DNA of 64,000 bases, taken from the NCBI RefSeq assembly GCF_009914755.1, contig NC_060929.1, one strand, 5' to 3'. Origin of the DNA: the human T2T-CHM13v2.0 reference genome, Homo sapiens. Below the pieces are notes generated by a model. That model saw only the letters and a list, made by a program, of their open reading frames with translations. It was not told where the DNA came from and searched no databases. A program made the position numbers and the translations under genes. This document shows positions 37,462 to 54,660 of the stretch, piece by piece (the first letter of the stretch is position 1; every line of letters begins with the position of its first letter).

Positions 37462-37764
37462 TTTTTTTTTTTTTTTTTTTTTGAGACAGAGTCTCCCTCT
37501 GTTGCCCAGGCTGGAGTGCAATGGTGCCATCTCAGCTCACTGGAGCTTCGGCATCCTGGGTTCAAGTGATTCTTCTGCCTCACCCTCCTGAGTAGCTGGG
37601 GTTACTGGTGCCTGCCACGACACCTGGCTAATTTTTGTATTTTTAGTAGAGACGGGGTTTTACCATGTTGGCTGAGCTGGTCTCAAACTCCTGACCTCAT
37701 GTGGTCCACCCATCCCAGTTTCCCAAAGTGCTGGGATCACAGGCGTGAGCCACTGCACCTGGCC
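37462..37764 (-). mobile_element. AluS (Sx/Sq-like)
   Basis: Poly-T followed by reverse Alu dimer; TSD CTAACTACA(T/G)CTT at 37451-37463 and 37765-37777. Confidence 0.93.
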
Positions 37765-38574
37765 CTAACTACAGCTTATATTTCTTATATTGCCTAGTAT
37801 GTTGCTGAATATTTTTAAATTATACATTCACATTTTTAATTGATTAATAAATAAATTCCCTTTTAAAGTAGCTGGTTGAATCTCTAACTAGAAAAGATAT
37901 TTTTTCAAAGTAATTTTTCTATCTAAATTTAGGATTAAAAAATCATTCTCTAAATTATGAAAATCACATGTTCTATTTTTAGTTTTCTGAGAAATAAACA
38001 TAATAAGATGGTGAGGTTAGTTAGCTATCCACTATGTATCAAGATCCTAACTGCTCTTTACACTTGTCCCCTAAATGTATTTGTGAATTCTGTCACCTTT
38101 TGCACTATTACTCTCCATGGAATTAATCATTTTAGCAACATTTCCTTACATCATAAAATAATTGGCTTATTGGTTTGGAAGAATATTCATCAAATATCAG
38201 TAATCTTATTCCTTTGCAGGCTACAGTTACACACCATAAAACATGAAACACAAGCAGTGTAATATGTTTTATAAAGAAAAATTCTATCAAGAAACTATAA
38301 ACTACATTATGTAGAAAAGTACTGAGACCAAGTTGAAAGGATGCATTTTTTCTTAAAAGAGAACAGAGAACTACAATTTTTTTCAAAGTCCACTAATGCT
38401 GTAGCAACTGTACATAACATGCTAAGCCAGAGAATATTCCTGAATTAGACCCCAGTTTCCTGGGAAATAAATGAAATGATTTCTATAAAAAGGGAGGGTT
38501 CCATAAATGAAGGTCAACTGCCTCTTACTTAAGGAGTAGGGCAAACTAGAACCCCTCTTTTTTAAGGATAGTAT

Positions 38575-39755
38575 ATTGGTCTAGATCTATCACAGAAAAC
38601 AGAAAGTCCTTCTGGAAGTTAAAACAGAAGAAACAGAATGCAACAAATGGATTCCACAGGCAATGGACGTTATCAAAACAAAATAGAGAAAAGAGGTAAC
38701 TACAAGATTAGCAATATGCCAAGAGCACTGTTTCCTTTTTCACCTTTGATATCTAATTGAGAAATTAAAAATTATAAATATTTAAGGTGTACAATGTGAT
38801 GATTTAATGCATGTATATATTGTGAAATGATTACCACAATCAAGCCAATTAACATATCTGTCACCTCACATGATTACCTTTTTATTATTATGGGGAGAAC
38901 ACTTAAGATCTACTCTCTTAGGAAATTTCAAGTATACAATACAGTATGATTAATTATATTAATAGTCACCATGCTCTAATAGACCCTCAGAGCTAATTCA
39001 TCTTCTAACTGAAAGTTTGTAATCTTTGACCAACTTCTTCCCTCTTCTCCCCAAGCCCTAGACAATAATCATTCTACTCTCTGCTTCTATTAATTAAATG
39101 TTTTTAGATTCCACATATAAGTGGGATTGTAGAGTGTTCGTCTTTCTATGTCTGGCTTATTCTATTTAGCATAATATTCAACCATGTTGTTGCAAATGGC
39201 AGAATTTCCTTCCTTTCTAAGGATGAATAATATTTCATTGTATACATACACCACATTTCTTTATTAATCAAAGGTCGCATAGGTTGTTTCTAAACCCTGG
39301 CTATTGTAAATAATGCTACAAAGAACGTGCAGGTGAAAATATTTCTTTAAGATAGTGACTTCATTTTATTTGAGCATATACCCAGAAATGGGATTTCTGG
39401 GCCACTCTTGGTCTGAAGGAAAGAAAGGGAGAAGGATTTAGTGTTACCAGAGTCTGGAGGTTGGATCCTGTGATGGGAACTGAAAATAGGGTGGACCTAT
39501 CCAGAGGAAGTAGGACCCACAGATCGATACAGGAGCTTCCAAAGAAGTTCCCCAAGGAAGAGAGGGAAGAGAAAAACATCCTGGCTCATCATTTGCTTTC
39601 TTACCCCTACAAGCTAAGATTCCAGTGATTCCCATTAGCCCAACCTGCCAGAAGAAGGTGACAGCAGAGCCTGGGAAATGTGTCCTTCAGGTTTCAGCAT
39701 CAGAGCAGAGCAGGAGAAAGGAAGAAAAATAGATTTGAGAGCTAGCAGGCTCAGA
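38575..39755 (-). mobile_element. Old ERVL-type LTR (LTR67B-like), split by L1MA9
   Basis: GAAAACAGAAA...AGATTAGCAA (left) continues as GTGTTACCAGAG...CCCATTAGCCCAACC...GAGCCTGGGAAATGTG (right). Confidence 0.55.
38733..39400 (-). mobile_element. L1MA9-like 3' end
   Basis: TATTTAAGGTGTACAATGTGATG...GAACACTTAAGATCTACTCTCTTAG...TTTTAGATTCCACATATAAGTG. Confidence 0.88.
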
Positions 39756-40185
39756 TATGGTGGTGTGGCTGTCAGTTTCTGCCAAGTTTTGAAAACGAAT
39801 ACAAAGTGGTACAAAGACATTGGTGGAAGGTGCTGGATGACAGTTTACTTCTGACAGTCCTCACAACTTGTTCACTTGGCTTTTACTACAAAAGTCCTTG
39901 ACAAATTTATATAGTTGTAATAATGTCAAAGAGAAGGAATTTACTGTACTACGTTCTGTACTGTTTTTAATAAACACAAGAAGAAGGTAGTATGAACATA
40001 ATTTATAGGTGAAGGTAAAGTTTGGCCAGCTAAAACAATTGCATGTCCAGGATTCACTTTTTTTGTCTTTGGGGGTTTTTTAAATTTTATTATTATTATT
40101 TTTTTAAGTTTCCTCAACCACGTTATACATTCTTCAAGAGGAAGAATCCTCAGAATTCTTAGAGTCTTATATGCAGTAGGAATTC

Positions 40186-41100
<915 letters not shown>

Positions 41101-41324
41101 ATTCGTCTCCATTTTTTTTCCTAATAACTTTATAGAAAATATGAGTATTCTAAAATTGTTTTTACCTACTAGTTTTAATATTTATTTGTTAGTCATCAAA
41201 TAAAATCAGTCAGAAACCTGATATATAAAACATAAAGGAATAAGCCCTCCCTGCTTATTCTCCTTAATGTTTCCACTAAGTCCTAGGCCTTCACAGAACA
41301 CAGTGTGAAAATCACTGATCTAAT

Positions 41325-41460
41325 TAAATATATTACGCAGTTCAAGGGGAGACTGAGGCCTAGAGATATTAAGAGTTGAGGATACAAGATCACTCAGACT
41401 AATCCTGGTGGAAGTGGGAACATAGTCTAAGTGTTCTGACTCAATCTAGTGCATGTTTTG
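41325..41460 (-). mobile_element. MIR fragment
   Basis: GAGACTGAGGCCTAGAGA...AAGATCACTCAG...TCTGACTC MIR core-like. Confidence 0.55.
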
Positions 41461-41696
41461 CTATTGTTTTTTTCAAAAATAATTTTCCACAGATTATATA
41501 ATTCAATTAACTAACTAGCATTTAACAGCACTTAATAAATTTCTGATTAAGAAACAATTATAAAGTATTAAAATTAAAAATTAAGTAGAAATTAAAATCA
41601 TATTAGCATACATATTATTTTTTTTTCCTTTATTCTAGTTACTTAGTTAACTCCCAGATTTAAAGGTGGGACCTTATAAATGAACATAAATCCAGC

Positions 41697-41778
41697 TGTG
41701 ATAGGTTAAATAATGCCTTCCCTACGATGTCCATGTTGTAATCCTGGAAACCGGCAAATATGTTATTTTACATGGCAT
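41697..41778 (+). mobile_element. MLT1D 5' stub
   Basis: TGTGATAGGTTAAATAATG...GATGTCCATG.TGTAATCCTGGAAACC...ATATGTTATTTTACATGGCA. Confidence 0.65.
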
Positions 41779-41849
41779 TACTGGAGAAGAACTACAGCTG
41801 ACACTTTTCTAATTACACTCTTAAAGGCCTAGGTCTGATGATATTTCCT

Positions 41850-43300
41850 CCTGGACTAAAATGATAAATGTTACTCTAGAAGAGCTGCTGGGTACAGAAT
41901 TCCCTAAATCTTCTATCATAAATTTTTCTATAGCCTTGATATTTGAAGGACAGCTTGGGTGCATATAAAATCCTTAGTACACACTTTCTTTTACTGAGCT
42001 TTATAAAAATGCTGCTCTCTTGCTGCCGTGTTTTGCATTTGGGTTTTGAAAAGTTTGTTGATAGTCAATTCTTTTATCACTTCAAGTTATTTGATCTTCT
42101 TGCCTAAAGGCATTGAGGATTTTATCTTCTATAAAATTCAATAATTTTAGTAGAATGTGTTTCATAGATGATTATTATGAGTTGATTTTCTAAGTTAACT
42201 GGCAGTCCCTTTCAATATATAGATCCAAGCATTGTTCAACTTTTTTAAAGGTTTTCTTGAATTATGGTTTTAAATATTGACTCTTTTCTATTGTTTTGAT
42301 TCTTCAGGTTCTCTGCTAATATTAATATCACTCTTCTTTTTCCCAACTAGTATTTCTACTACATTTTCTATAACCCACTTTGCATATTTCTTTATTATTT
42401 TCATTCCTTTGGTTGTTTTCCTGTCTTTCCCTAATGTTCCTATTACATTTTATTTCACTCTATTCTCCCTTGAGCACCTTGGCATTTATTCCTCATTTCT
42501 TATTATTTTTTCTTTCTTTTCTTTCCTGAGTTTAGTTAACATTCTTTGCCTTATATAGTTTTTGACTTTCCAATTCAAGGTGATTTTTTTATATCCACAA
42601 ATACTCCTTTGAGTATATATAATTCTGTTTGAATTATAATTTCCTTTTTCCCAAGATTGTCTTTTAGAGGTGGATTTCCTCATTTGATATGTGTGCACTT
42701 TCATTTCTTGAGATTGTACAATAGGTCTGTGTGAACTGTACATTACTTTTGTTAATTTTTACAATTTTAGTGCATTTTATGATATTTGTAAATTCATAAT
42801 ATCTTCTCTCAGTTTTGCAAAGTTCATGTATTCTGATAGTATTTCATTTAATTGTTTTGGTTCTGAAATAAGTCCTCCAAACCTGCAATTGACTTTTGTC
42901 CTATGAGATTTTTATTTTTCCTCTTCACTAACCAATTGCTGGTAGTTACTCCTTTTGCTTTTTGTTGTTGCTGTTTCGTTATTTGTTCATTTTTGCCCCT
43001 GCAAAAGCTGTTTTGAAAGCACTCCTTTAAAGTATATCTGCTCATTTCTATGTCAAAGTATTCCCATATGCATACTTTGAACTCACTTCCCTGTAGTTCA
43101 TGTTCTAATCTGCCTAAATATATTTTAGTATTTCTAGGTGAAGGGTGAACTTAGTATTTCTGGCCAGGCTTCTCTTTTTCTTTCTTTTTATTTCTATTTC
43201 TTTATGCTTCTCCTTATTACATGTTCTATCATTTGCCTCATATGGATTTCATTTACTTTCTCTTCCATTTTCCAGATTCTGTTTTACAAAGTCTCAAAAC
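41850..43300 (-). mobile_element. HAL1 / old L1M ORF1-region remnant
   Basis: ATATAAAATCCTTAG.ACACACTTTCTTT...TGATCTTCTTGCCT...CCCTTTCAATATATAGAT resembles reverse HAL1; T-rich plus strand. Confidence 0.65.
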
Positions 43301-43882
43301 CACTCTGAAAGACACATTCACCCTAAAGTATAGGGAAAAGTTGAGCAGGCAAGTCTTGAATTCTCTAGCAGCAGGGATTTCAAAGGAGACTGTAAGCGTT
43401 TGTACAAAAATATGTTTTACCTGGCATTTATGCATATACACATGGTACAAGTTCAGATCATGCCCTAATCAGATCATAAATATTTTCTTATCAATAAATA
43501 TTTGTCAATAAAAGGTAAATTATTTTTCTTGGAATATATACAGCATGGTGAAAGCAGTTCATAAACAGTAGCTTATAATGCTTCTAGAAAGAATTAATCA
43601 GATCTTTTTGCACTGATATAGAACATATGTTATATTAAGTGTGTAAATCAAATATATACTTATAAATATGCAAATCATGTAAATTAAATGATTACAAACA
43701 TCTTTATATATTTTCACTTTCCCAGATTTAATCTTTTTTGAGAAATATAGATGATACGATTAATATGTTTTATGTACATATTATTCTTGCAACTGCTAAT
43801 TTTAAATAGAAAAATATTTTGAACATATTTCCATGTGATAAAATTTATTTGTGTATAAATTTGCATACTATTCATTATGAGG

Positions 43883-44520
43883 TGTGCTGGTTTTCTAGCT
43901 CTCAATTTTATCACTGTTCTGTGTTCTCCTCTGTGCCATAGGAAGTATAGAGGCTAACAAACTATGTTATCTAGACTCATTTGCAAATTGACTTCAAGTT
44001 AAAGAGTCTTCCAGTGAGAGCCGCTGGCAGAGTACTGCACATGGGGGAGAAAAGATGAGCCATTTATTTTTGGTGTCTGTAAACAGCTCTATAAATGCCA
44101 GGTAAGTACAGACTCCGAGGTGCCTGCTCAGACAGCGTGGTTCCAACAACAGTAGTGAGAGGTGTACTCCAGCATTCTCAGCAGCACACTTCCTGGGTTT
44201 CTCTTTACAGGAGCAGCATGTGACTATGGCTTACTGTGAGTTGCTGCCATAATGGCAAGAAGTGGCAATGTGTCTGAGAGCAGAGCTCCTGCTGCCTAAT
44301 AAAGAGGCATCTGGTAGTGTTTCCAACAGCAGTATCACCAGCTGCTGAGACCACACTGACCTCTGGGGAATACCATGTTCCATTTTGCTTCTCTGGTCAT
44401 CTGGAAAAGTCGCAGTTTTCTAACGTCACTGATCCCTCTATACATTCACCTTCTCTTCAGAATTTCAGCTGCTCTATCGCTTCCCTTTTTCTAAAAATAT
44501 ACATTCTCTATAAGTTTTGC
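43883..44520 (+). mobile_element. Old ERVL LTR (LTR41/LTR33-like)
   Basis: Starts TGTGCTGGTT...CTCTGTGCC...AAACTA...; CAGCAG-rich middle; highly diverged. Confidence 0.5.
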
Positions 44521-47260
44521 TTTTTTAAAAAAAATGCTGCTGCTTACTATACTATTTACTATTTTTGCAATTTACTCTCCTCGATTGTTATTTAGGCTTA
44601 CAGAATGCAAAAGTTCATATTCTTTATATACAGATAAATTATTTTTAAAAATGTGTTCAGTATTTGATAAGGTTAAGTTATTTAGATTTACAGATGTTCT
44701 AGATTATAGGCTTTTTGAAGGCAGAGACCGTGTCTTGTTCCATTTCACAAATACTTATTTAGCACCTCAATGTGCCAGGGGTTGGGCATGGAATAAGACA
44801 TAACATTCACCATAAGCAGCTCACAGGCTAGTTGGAGAAACAGACATATAAACATATAAATATAAATAATGTGCAAATAATATATATATATATATATATA
44901 CACACACCAGTGCACATAGTCATTTTCCATTCATGTGTAAATATTTATATCAGAGCTGTACACATTCACTGAGGCATTTTCTAAATAAGGGATGGGATGA
45001 GGAGAATATTTAAGTAATGTTTTTATGCTAACTCCTCAAGAACTATGTCTCAAAGTGCTTGTTTGAACCCCTTCGAATCCTTGTATAATACCAACCACAA
45101 AGAAGGCAAAAAAAAAGTCACATTTTTAGATTGGATCTTTTGTATATTTTCTGTTTCTAAATATGCTATCTCTATGTATTTCATGTTTAATCATCAAAAG
45201 TGAAAGTGTGTATACTATATATTAGCAAAATAATGGTACTTATATTTTAATATTATTTTCTCTGAATCCTTCTTCTAGTTCTATGATTACAATCAGGTAA
45301 TTTGTATTTTTATAAGATCAAGTTAATACTTTTTTATTCCAAATATATATACATTCTCTCTGTGAAAATACATAAAATCATTTTTATTTTTCAGCATGGA
45401 CAACAACAAATATAAATAACATATCATATGTATAAAAAATATGTCATATATTTGATATGTTATATATGAGAAACATGTTTCATATATATGACAGTATTCA
45501 TTCAAGAGATTCCCTATAAGTAGATAATGGCTTTACTTCCATTTTTTCTTCTATAAAGAGTGTTGAAATTAATATACTTACATGAATACTCATTTGATCA
45601 TTTTCTTAGAATAAATTTAACAAAATACACAATTGGTAAAGAATATAGATGTTTTTATGTATGCACTCATATATTCTGCTCAAAATGCTGAAACAGTTTT
45701 CACCCTCCAATATAGAACACTGTATTTGACAACACTGATGATACAATGTTGTTGTTTTTAATCTGCAATATTTCAAAAAGATTAAAAATCATGGCTAACT
45801 GATCTTCTATTGGGAAAAAATGTGATATTTTACAATTTACGACTTAAAATCTAAGATTTAAAAGATTTTATAAAACCAGATTTTTCTGTTTAATAAAATA
45901 TAAACTTCAAGGAGAAAAGTTCCATTTCCTAGGTGCTTCCCTTGGCTGAATCGTTGAGTTTATTTTAGGCAATTAGGCTTATAAGGTTCCAGAATAGCTG
46001 GGGAATAACAACCATCACTCTTGTATAAAATATTTTTAACATTTACTCTGAAGGTCTCCACATCATCTTGCTTCAGGGTGCACTTAGCATGTTAGTAATG
46101 TTTTTCATGGAATCCTTAAACCTAAACAAACCCTAACAGTTTATTTTAAACAGTAGTTAATTCTAACATCTTGATAAGTATTTATGTCTTAACAACTGAG
46201 CATGTTTTGATCACTGTACAACTTTTCAAATCTTTGAGTCCTATTGGACATCACCATGCATTACCTATCCCAGATAAATTTTCATACGATACTTGTGTTT
46301 GTTTTTTTATCAGGCAAACTGTTAAAATCCAGCTCTGCAAATATATGTCATTATGAAAATTAGTTTAATGTTGAAACTATAAACTACCTCAAGATAGTAG
46401 CTTATGCTGTGTCCAACAAAGGTAGTTATGTTTCCCTTGGAAATGTAAAATACTGCAGAGCACTTTGCTTACTTTGCTGAGTTTTTTTCCAGGTGCCTTG
46501 ACCCATAGTTTGAAAACTTCAAGTTTAGAGATTTTTGTTTTCTTTGTTTTTAGTATTTTTCTGCAGACTGAAGGAGCTGAAGGTTATTGCCGCACTTGCT
46601 TTCATCAAGCAATTTGCTCAGCTTGGAGTGAGGTTATTGTCACTACAATAAAAGCTTTCTGAAGGCCAGCAACTTCTACCCGTATTTTTTAAGAACCATT
46701 CTTAATATAGATATCTCTGTTAAATCGAGCAGGCTTTATTCCTATTATATTTTAATAGCCTTATTGTAGTCTTCCCTTAAATGCTAATGGTTCCATGATT
46801 TCTGCTCTGTATTGTACTGAGAGGCTCTGTCCATATCTTTATGTCTTTTAGCTTGCTTTAAAACATAAAACTTTCTTACATTATACTCTTCATTCAATTA
46901 TCCAAATGAGATATTTTGTAATAATGGAACAGATGTACTTGCATACTTTCTTAAGGGTATCAATTGGAGATAACAAGGCCTTCATATAAGATTTATAACT
47001 AATCCTCTTTATTTGGTTGGGTATCTTTTGAAGAAATTTGGGATGCAATGTTTTAGTCAATATCATACTCTCTAAGTTTCAAACATCAAAAACATCCATG
47101 ATCCCAAATTAAACAAAGATGTGGAATATCATCTTTATTTCTTGGTTTCTATTTTCCGTACATTACAGAGGTTCATGTTTACAATGGGTTTGTATTATGG
47201 AATTCTAACTAGAGAAACTTTGGCGTCTTTATTATAAATAATAGTTTTGGTGTTGTCACT

Positions 47261-47597
47261 TGTATAAGTTTGTTTGGGCTGTTGTAACAGTACAAAAATT
47301 GGGTGGCTTAAAACAACAGAAATTCTGGAGACTGGAATTCTAAGATCAAGGTGTCAGCAGGTCAATGATGTCTCTGAAACATGCAGGGGAATCCTTCCTT
47401 GCCTAGTCTAGCTTCTAACGTTTTGCTGGCAATCTTTCGTGTTTCTTGGCCTGTAGCTGCATCAATGCAATCTCTGCTTTGGATGTATCATAATGTTCTT
47501 CCTATAAGTCTCTGCCTTCACCTGGCCATCTTCTTGTAAGCATATCACTCATATAGAACTAGGGATCTACCCTACTTTAATGGCCTCATTTTAACAA
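47261..47597 (-). mobile_element. MLT1C LTR, partial
   Basis: GGGTGGCTTAAAACAACAGAAATT...AAGATCAAGGTGTCAGCAG...GAATCCTTCCTTGCC...TTGCTGGCAATCTTT. Confidence 0.82.
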
Positions 47598-47795
47598 TGG
47601 TATGTATGAAATCCCTTGATTGATAAATAATGTAGGACATACAATAGAATAACATTCACTCAGTGTGAGTGACAATGTAGATACACATTTATTGACATGA
47701 AAAGTATCAAATACATATCAGTGGGAAAAAGGCACTTAAAAACAATAATGTATCTATTGTTGTTAGCACACACACTAATCATATTAAAAATTGTC

Positions 47796-48154
<359 letters not shown>

Positions 48155-48465
48155 CTATAAATTTTCTCTCTTTGTCCCATCTTTGAGTTATAGTAGTATG
48201 TACAGGAAAAATTTAAGAAGCTCACATTCTCAACATCGGTTATGTTAGCTACATGTTGGGCTGGTCTTAATGTGCGGTACTGTGGAAGACAGCCAAAGAT
48301 ATGTAGCATAATTTTTTACGTGCAGTTAAGTCTAGTCTGAAATTAATAAACTTAGGTGTTTTCTCACATAAACTAAAGTGACAAAAATCTAGATCATTAA
48401 GATGTCATAATGATTAAATAGTAATACATAAATATATAGAGATAGATATATAAAAATACATATAT

Positions 48466-48565
48466 GTTTAGAGATGGTGTTTCACTATATTGCCTAGAGT
48501 GACCTTGAACTCCTGGGCTCAAGCGATCTTCCCACCTCAGCCTCTTGAGTAGCTGGAATTACAAG
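48466..48565 (-). mobile_element. FLAM / AluJ monomer fragment
   Basis: GAGATGGTGTTTCACTATATTGCC...GAACTCCTGGGCTCAAGCGATC...GTAGCTGGAATTACA. Confidence 0.8.
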
Positions 48566-49759
48566 AACCTAGAAAAGTATTTTCTAATATGGTTTGTAAA
48601 CAAATGTTAGATCAAACTTCTTTTTTTTTTAACACCCTGGTTGAGAAAGAAGTAACACATTAATTAAATCCGCCCCCAACACTCATCTCAGAAACATGTA
48701 TAAATCAACATATTAATTAGTTTGAAGAGAAAAATGCTCTCAAAGCCAAAAAGAAGATCATACAGTGTATATAAGAGTTAGCAATATAAAAGAGAAAACC
48801 TTGAGTTAGAGGGAATCAGACTTAAGGCTCTAACATCTCTATCTCTGTGGCTCTTTCTTTGCCTCATAATTCCTTTTCATCTTTTATGCTGGCATGATAT
48901 TGATGTATTCAAAGGGAACCACAGTAAAAATTTAAAGGCAAATCAAAGCAAATAGAAAGAGAAAGCCATGGGAATAGAAATACAGTGTTTATTCATCTCT
49001 TTATATATAAAGTAGTTAGATACAGATATAGAAATGGAAAATAAAGATAATAACACAGATAAGCTTGATTATAGATTGATTTGTAAGAAATCATCTTACA
49101 AAGAGTGGTATACTTCCAAGATGTATACTTACAAAGAATGCCTTCCATATATGTGGCATTCTGTTTCTTTTTTTACATTAGCTCTTCTTCTACATCTCCT
49201 TTTCTTTTTAAAAATTTAAATCAACCAGCTTTTTAAATTATGTTAATCAGGCTTAATGAAGTGTATTCTCTTACCCAAAACTGTTGCATTTTATTAGAAT
49301 TTAGAACTAACTTTTCTAATTACTGCACATTTTAACAGTCAGGGTCATGATTCCTAGAAATTAAGTGACATTTTTTTCTCTCCAATAACCAACAGTAAGC
49401 ATTCATTTCTGAATTTTCATTATGTGTTTCTTCTTCCATTTTTTCTCTTTCTTTTCCTTGCTTTCTTGTTGTATTGCTTTTGTTTGTTTTTAGTATGGGA
49501 GACTAATTCCATTGCAGAGCTGCCATGAGCATTAATGAAACAGGATGTGAACACTTGCTTTTGTGTAACCAATGCCAGACAACATACAGACAAGTAAGAA
49601 TTCAATTGAAACTACAGGAGGGGCTACATTTCATCTCATTGCCTTTCTTTTTTCTAAATTTTCCTCAAAAGGAGAAGTCCACAGGAACTAACAAGGATTT
49701 GCTGTCTGTATCTCTGTGGAGAAATAAGTTTGCATGATAGAAAGAGTAGCCTATCCTGG

Positions 49760-50166
49760 AAAATGCACAATTCTTCCAAGTGACTCCTGTCTGGATAAAC
49801 TGCAGTGTTTGCACTAAAGCCATTATTCCCTTGGGCTGCTCTTAGTCAATGACTGCACATGCTGGGGATAGTTCAGGACCATTCCTGTAAGATATGGAAC
49901 TCCCCTGATGCATAACTCATCTTGAGAACTCCCCGTCAGTCTGATTGGTACTACTCAGGACTGCAATACAGCACTTTCTGACCAATCTTTTTTAGTTCCC
50001 TCTCTCTTCTCATAGGTGTCAGGTCTGCCTTAACTCTGAAGTCTCTTCATGCCTATTTCTGCATCCTCTTTATTTCTCTGGCATTCCTTCTCCCCAACCC
50101 CAGTAAATATTTCACGTATCTAACTCTGTCTTGGCGTCTGCTTCTTGGAGGAACTAAATTAACACA
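49760..50166 (+). mobile_element. LTR16A-like ERVL LTR
   Basis: 3' end TCTTGGCGTCTGCTTCTTGGAGGAACTAAATTAACACA; internal CCCTTGGGCTGCTCTTAGTCAATGACTG. Confidence 0.75.
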
Positions 50167-52034
50167 TTCCTAAATTAAATTATAAAGTCTTATAGTATAG
50201 AAATAGTATATTTTCTTTGTATATGCCTCTCAGTATATGCCCAATGCCTCAGTATATGCCCAAATTTTTACTTAAATTCTGCACGATGTTATAAAAGTAA
50301 ACAACTCTCATTCGCATAAGAAATTTTGCCATGCAATGTGGACCGAGGATAAGATGTTTATAATGTGTTTTAGTTAGATTAAAGGATCATTGAATTTTCC
50401 ATGTATCAATTTCATAAAAGAAAACTTTTTTAATCTCAAATTTCAGCTCACAAACTATTAGGGTAGTCATTAGCATCACTATGAAATGGCCACTTTTCAA
50501 CATTGAACATTACATTTACACTGATGTGAGATAAATATAGAATTTTATAAGTTATCAAAATATTAATGCTTTCCAATTTGTTTTTCAAAAAGTGAAAACA
50601 AAAAAACACCCTATATCTCCATAGATGTGCTTTACTGCAAAAGCTTATTAAGATTTTGTTTATTATATTTTACAGTAAATAGGACCAGAAGGAAATTCCA
50701 AATCTATACCTGTTCCCACGCCATTTCTAGGTTACGAGTAAATTTGAATCAGTAGTGAAGTTGGCTTTTTTTCTTCCTCAATAATCCTGTGACCGAGAAG
50801 GCACCTGAGAATACCAGAGCTTTTCAGTTTAGTTTTAGGTTTTAGAATGTGTGTGAGAGAAAATTAGGGAGAGTGAGGATTAATGAAGCGGCATTTACAA
50901 AGGCTTTCTAGCATTCCTGCTATACTTTTGCCTCTCCCAGTGTCCCAGAGGTGACTTGACTTAGCTTTCTTAAAACAAGCCTTCTCCTGGCTCCCGTTTC
51001 CATCTAGACCCTTTATCAGTGCCCAGCTCTGGGAATTCTTTCTTAGGTCCAGAACAACCTCAGTAATGCCACATCATTGTTTCCTTGAACTACACAGAAA
51101 GCAGTAATTGTGCAATATTCATGGAAACTGCCAAATGAGATCTGTGTGCCAGAAACAAGAGAAAAGATTCCAGAACTGTTTTATGGTATTTCCAGGTTTC
51201 TGTAGCTATTTACAAAGATTTGTCTTTGTTTTTTCCCAGGCAAAAGACCTACTTTATAATAGCATGAATAAAACAGTAAATGTGTTACACAATGGTCTGA
51301 CCTTCCATTGTTAGAATATGGCAAATAAATAACTTCCACCTTCATGACTAAAGACAAAAGCTCTGGAGGGTCTCACCCTTAATATGAAGTTATCTATTGT
51401 GAGTAATCTCCAGCTGACTCTGTGTATTTGCTATGGTTCAAAAATAGTTTCTAATATCTAGAACACTAATTTGAGTTAAATAATATGTACAACACAAATT
51501 GTGAAAAAGGTGAAAATATAATTTAGGTCAGAATGGAGAAAATATTAAATGTCTGAAAGTAAAACATCTTTCTTTAAAACTGAGTTATTTATTTCTATTT
51601 TGAAATAATAGCAAGCTAGAAGTTTGCTATTAGAGCTGAAACCTTTTTGCTAGTCATGTTTCCCTTGTTTTGGAAAAGGTTCACTTGAACATTGAAATTT
51701 TGTACAAAACAGGGTGGATGACTTTTGTTATTTTAATCAGTGGAGGCATTGATAAATGCCACTTACAGAAATGTTCTAGTTTTTGTGTGTAAAAGCAATA
51801 GGAAAAAAAAAAACAATATTCCCAGTATTAGAGTATGGTTGCCCCTTGAAGAACAGCATGGGGTTGAACTGTGTGAGTCAATATAGACGCAGATTTTTTT
51901 AATAAATATGTTGGAAAGCTTTTTTGGATATTTGCAACATACTGAAAAAACCTGCAAGTAAACCATGTAGCCTAAAAATATTGAAAATTTTTTTAAAGTT
52001 AGGTGTTATGAATGCATGAAATTTGTATAGATAT

Positions 52035-52324
52035 TGCCAGGCATAGCGGCTTACGCCTGTAATCCCAGCATTTTGGGAGGCTGAGGGGGACAAATCACTT
52101 GAGGTCAGAAGTTCGAGACCAGCCTGGCCAACATAGTGAAACCGTGTCTCTACTAAAAATAGAAAAATTAGCTGGGCATGGTGGCACATGCCTTTAATCC
52201 CAGCTACTTGGGAGGCTGAGGCAAGAGAATTGCTTGAACCTGGGAGACAGAGGTTGCAGTGAGCCAAGATTGCACTTCAGCATGGGTGACAGAGTGAGAC
52301 TCCATCTCAAAAAATAAATAAAAA
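52035..52324 (+). mobile_element. AluSz/Sx-like within Tigger2
   Basis: Alu dimer with ATCACTTGAGGTCAG; short deletion in right arm; degenerate TSD ATGAA.T.TGT.TAGATA. Confidence 0.9.
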
Positions 52325-52747
52325 TGAAGTATGTGTAGATACTACTCTCTATTAATATTTACTACCATAAATACACACAAATCTATTATAAAAAGTTAAA
52401 TTTTATCAAAACTCATACACATAAATACTTGAGCATACACAGTACCATTTGCAGTCAAAACAAATGTAAAAATATGTAAATATACAGTATTAAATTATAA
52501 CTACATAAAATTAAATGTAGTACATACTACATACTACTGTCAATAATTTTATAACCACTTCCTGTTGCTAGTGAGGTGAGCTCAAGTGTTGTGAGCATCC
52601 CCTAAAATGCTGTATGATGCTAACTGTCTTCCTGTGAACAGTTCATCTCTCCAGTGAATTACGTATCACAGTAAAAATGATCTCTTATGGTTCTAGCATA
52701 TGTTTTTCATCACATTTAGTGCAATACCACAAACCTTGAATAACACC

Positions 52748-54660
<1,913 letters not shown>

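Noticed and set aside
42277-43511. Hydrophobic, membrane-protein-like ORFs
   Set aside because: Result of the T-rich antisense strand of a HAL1/L1M remnant.
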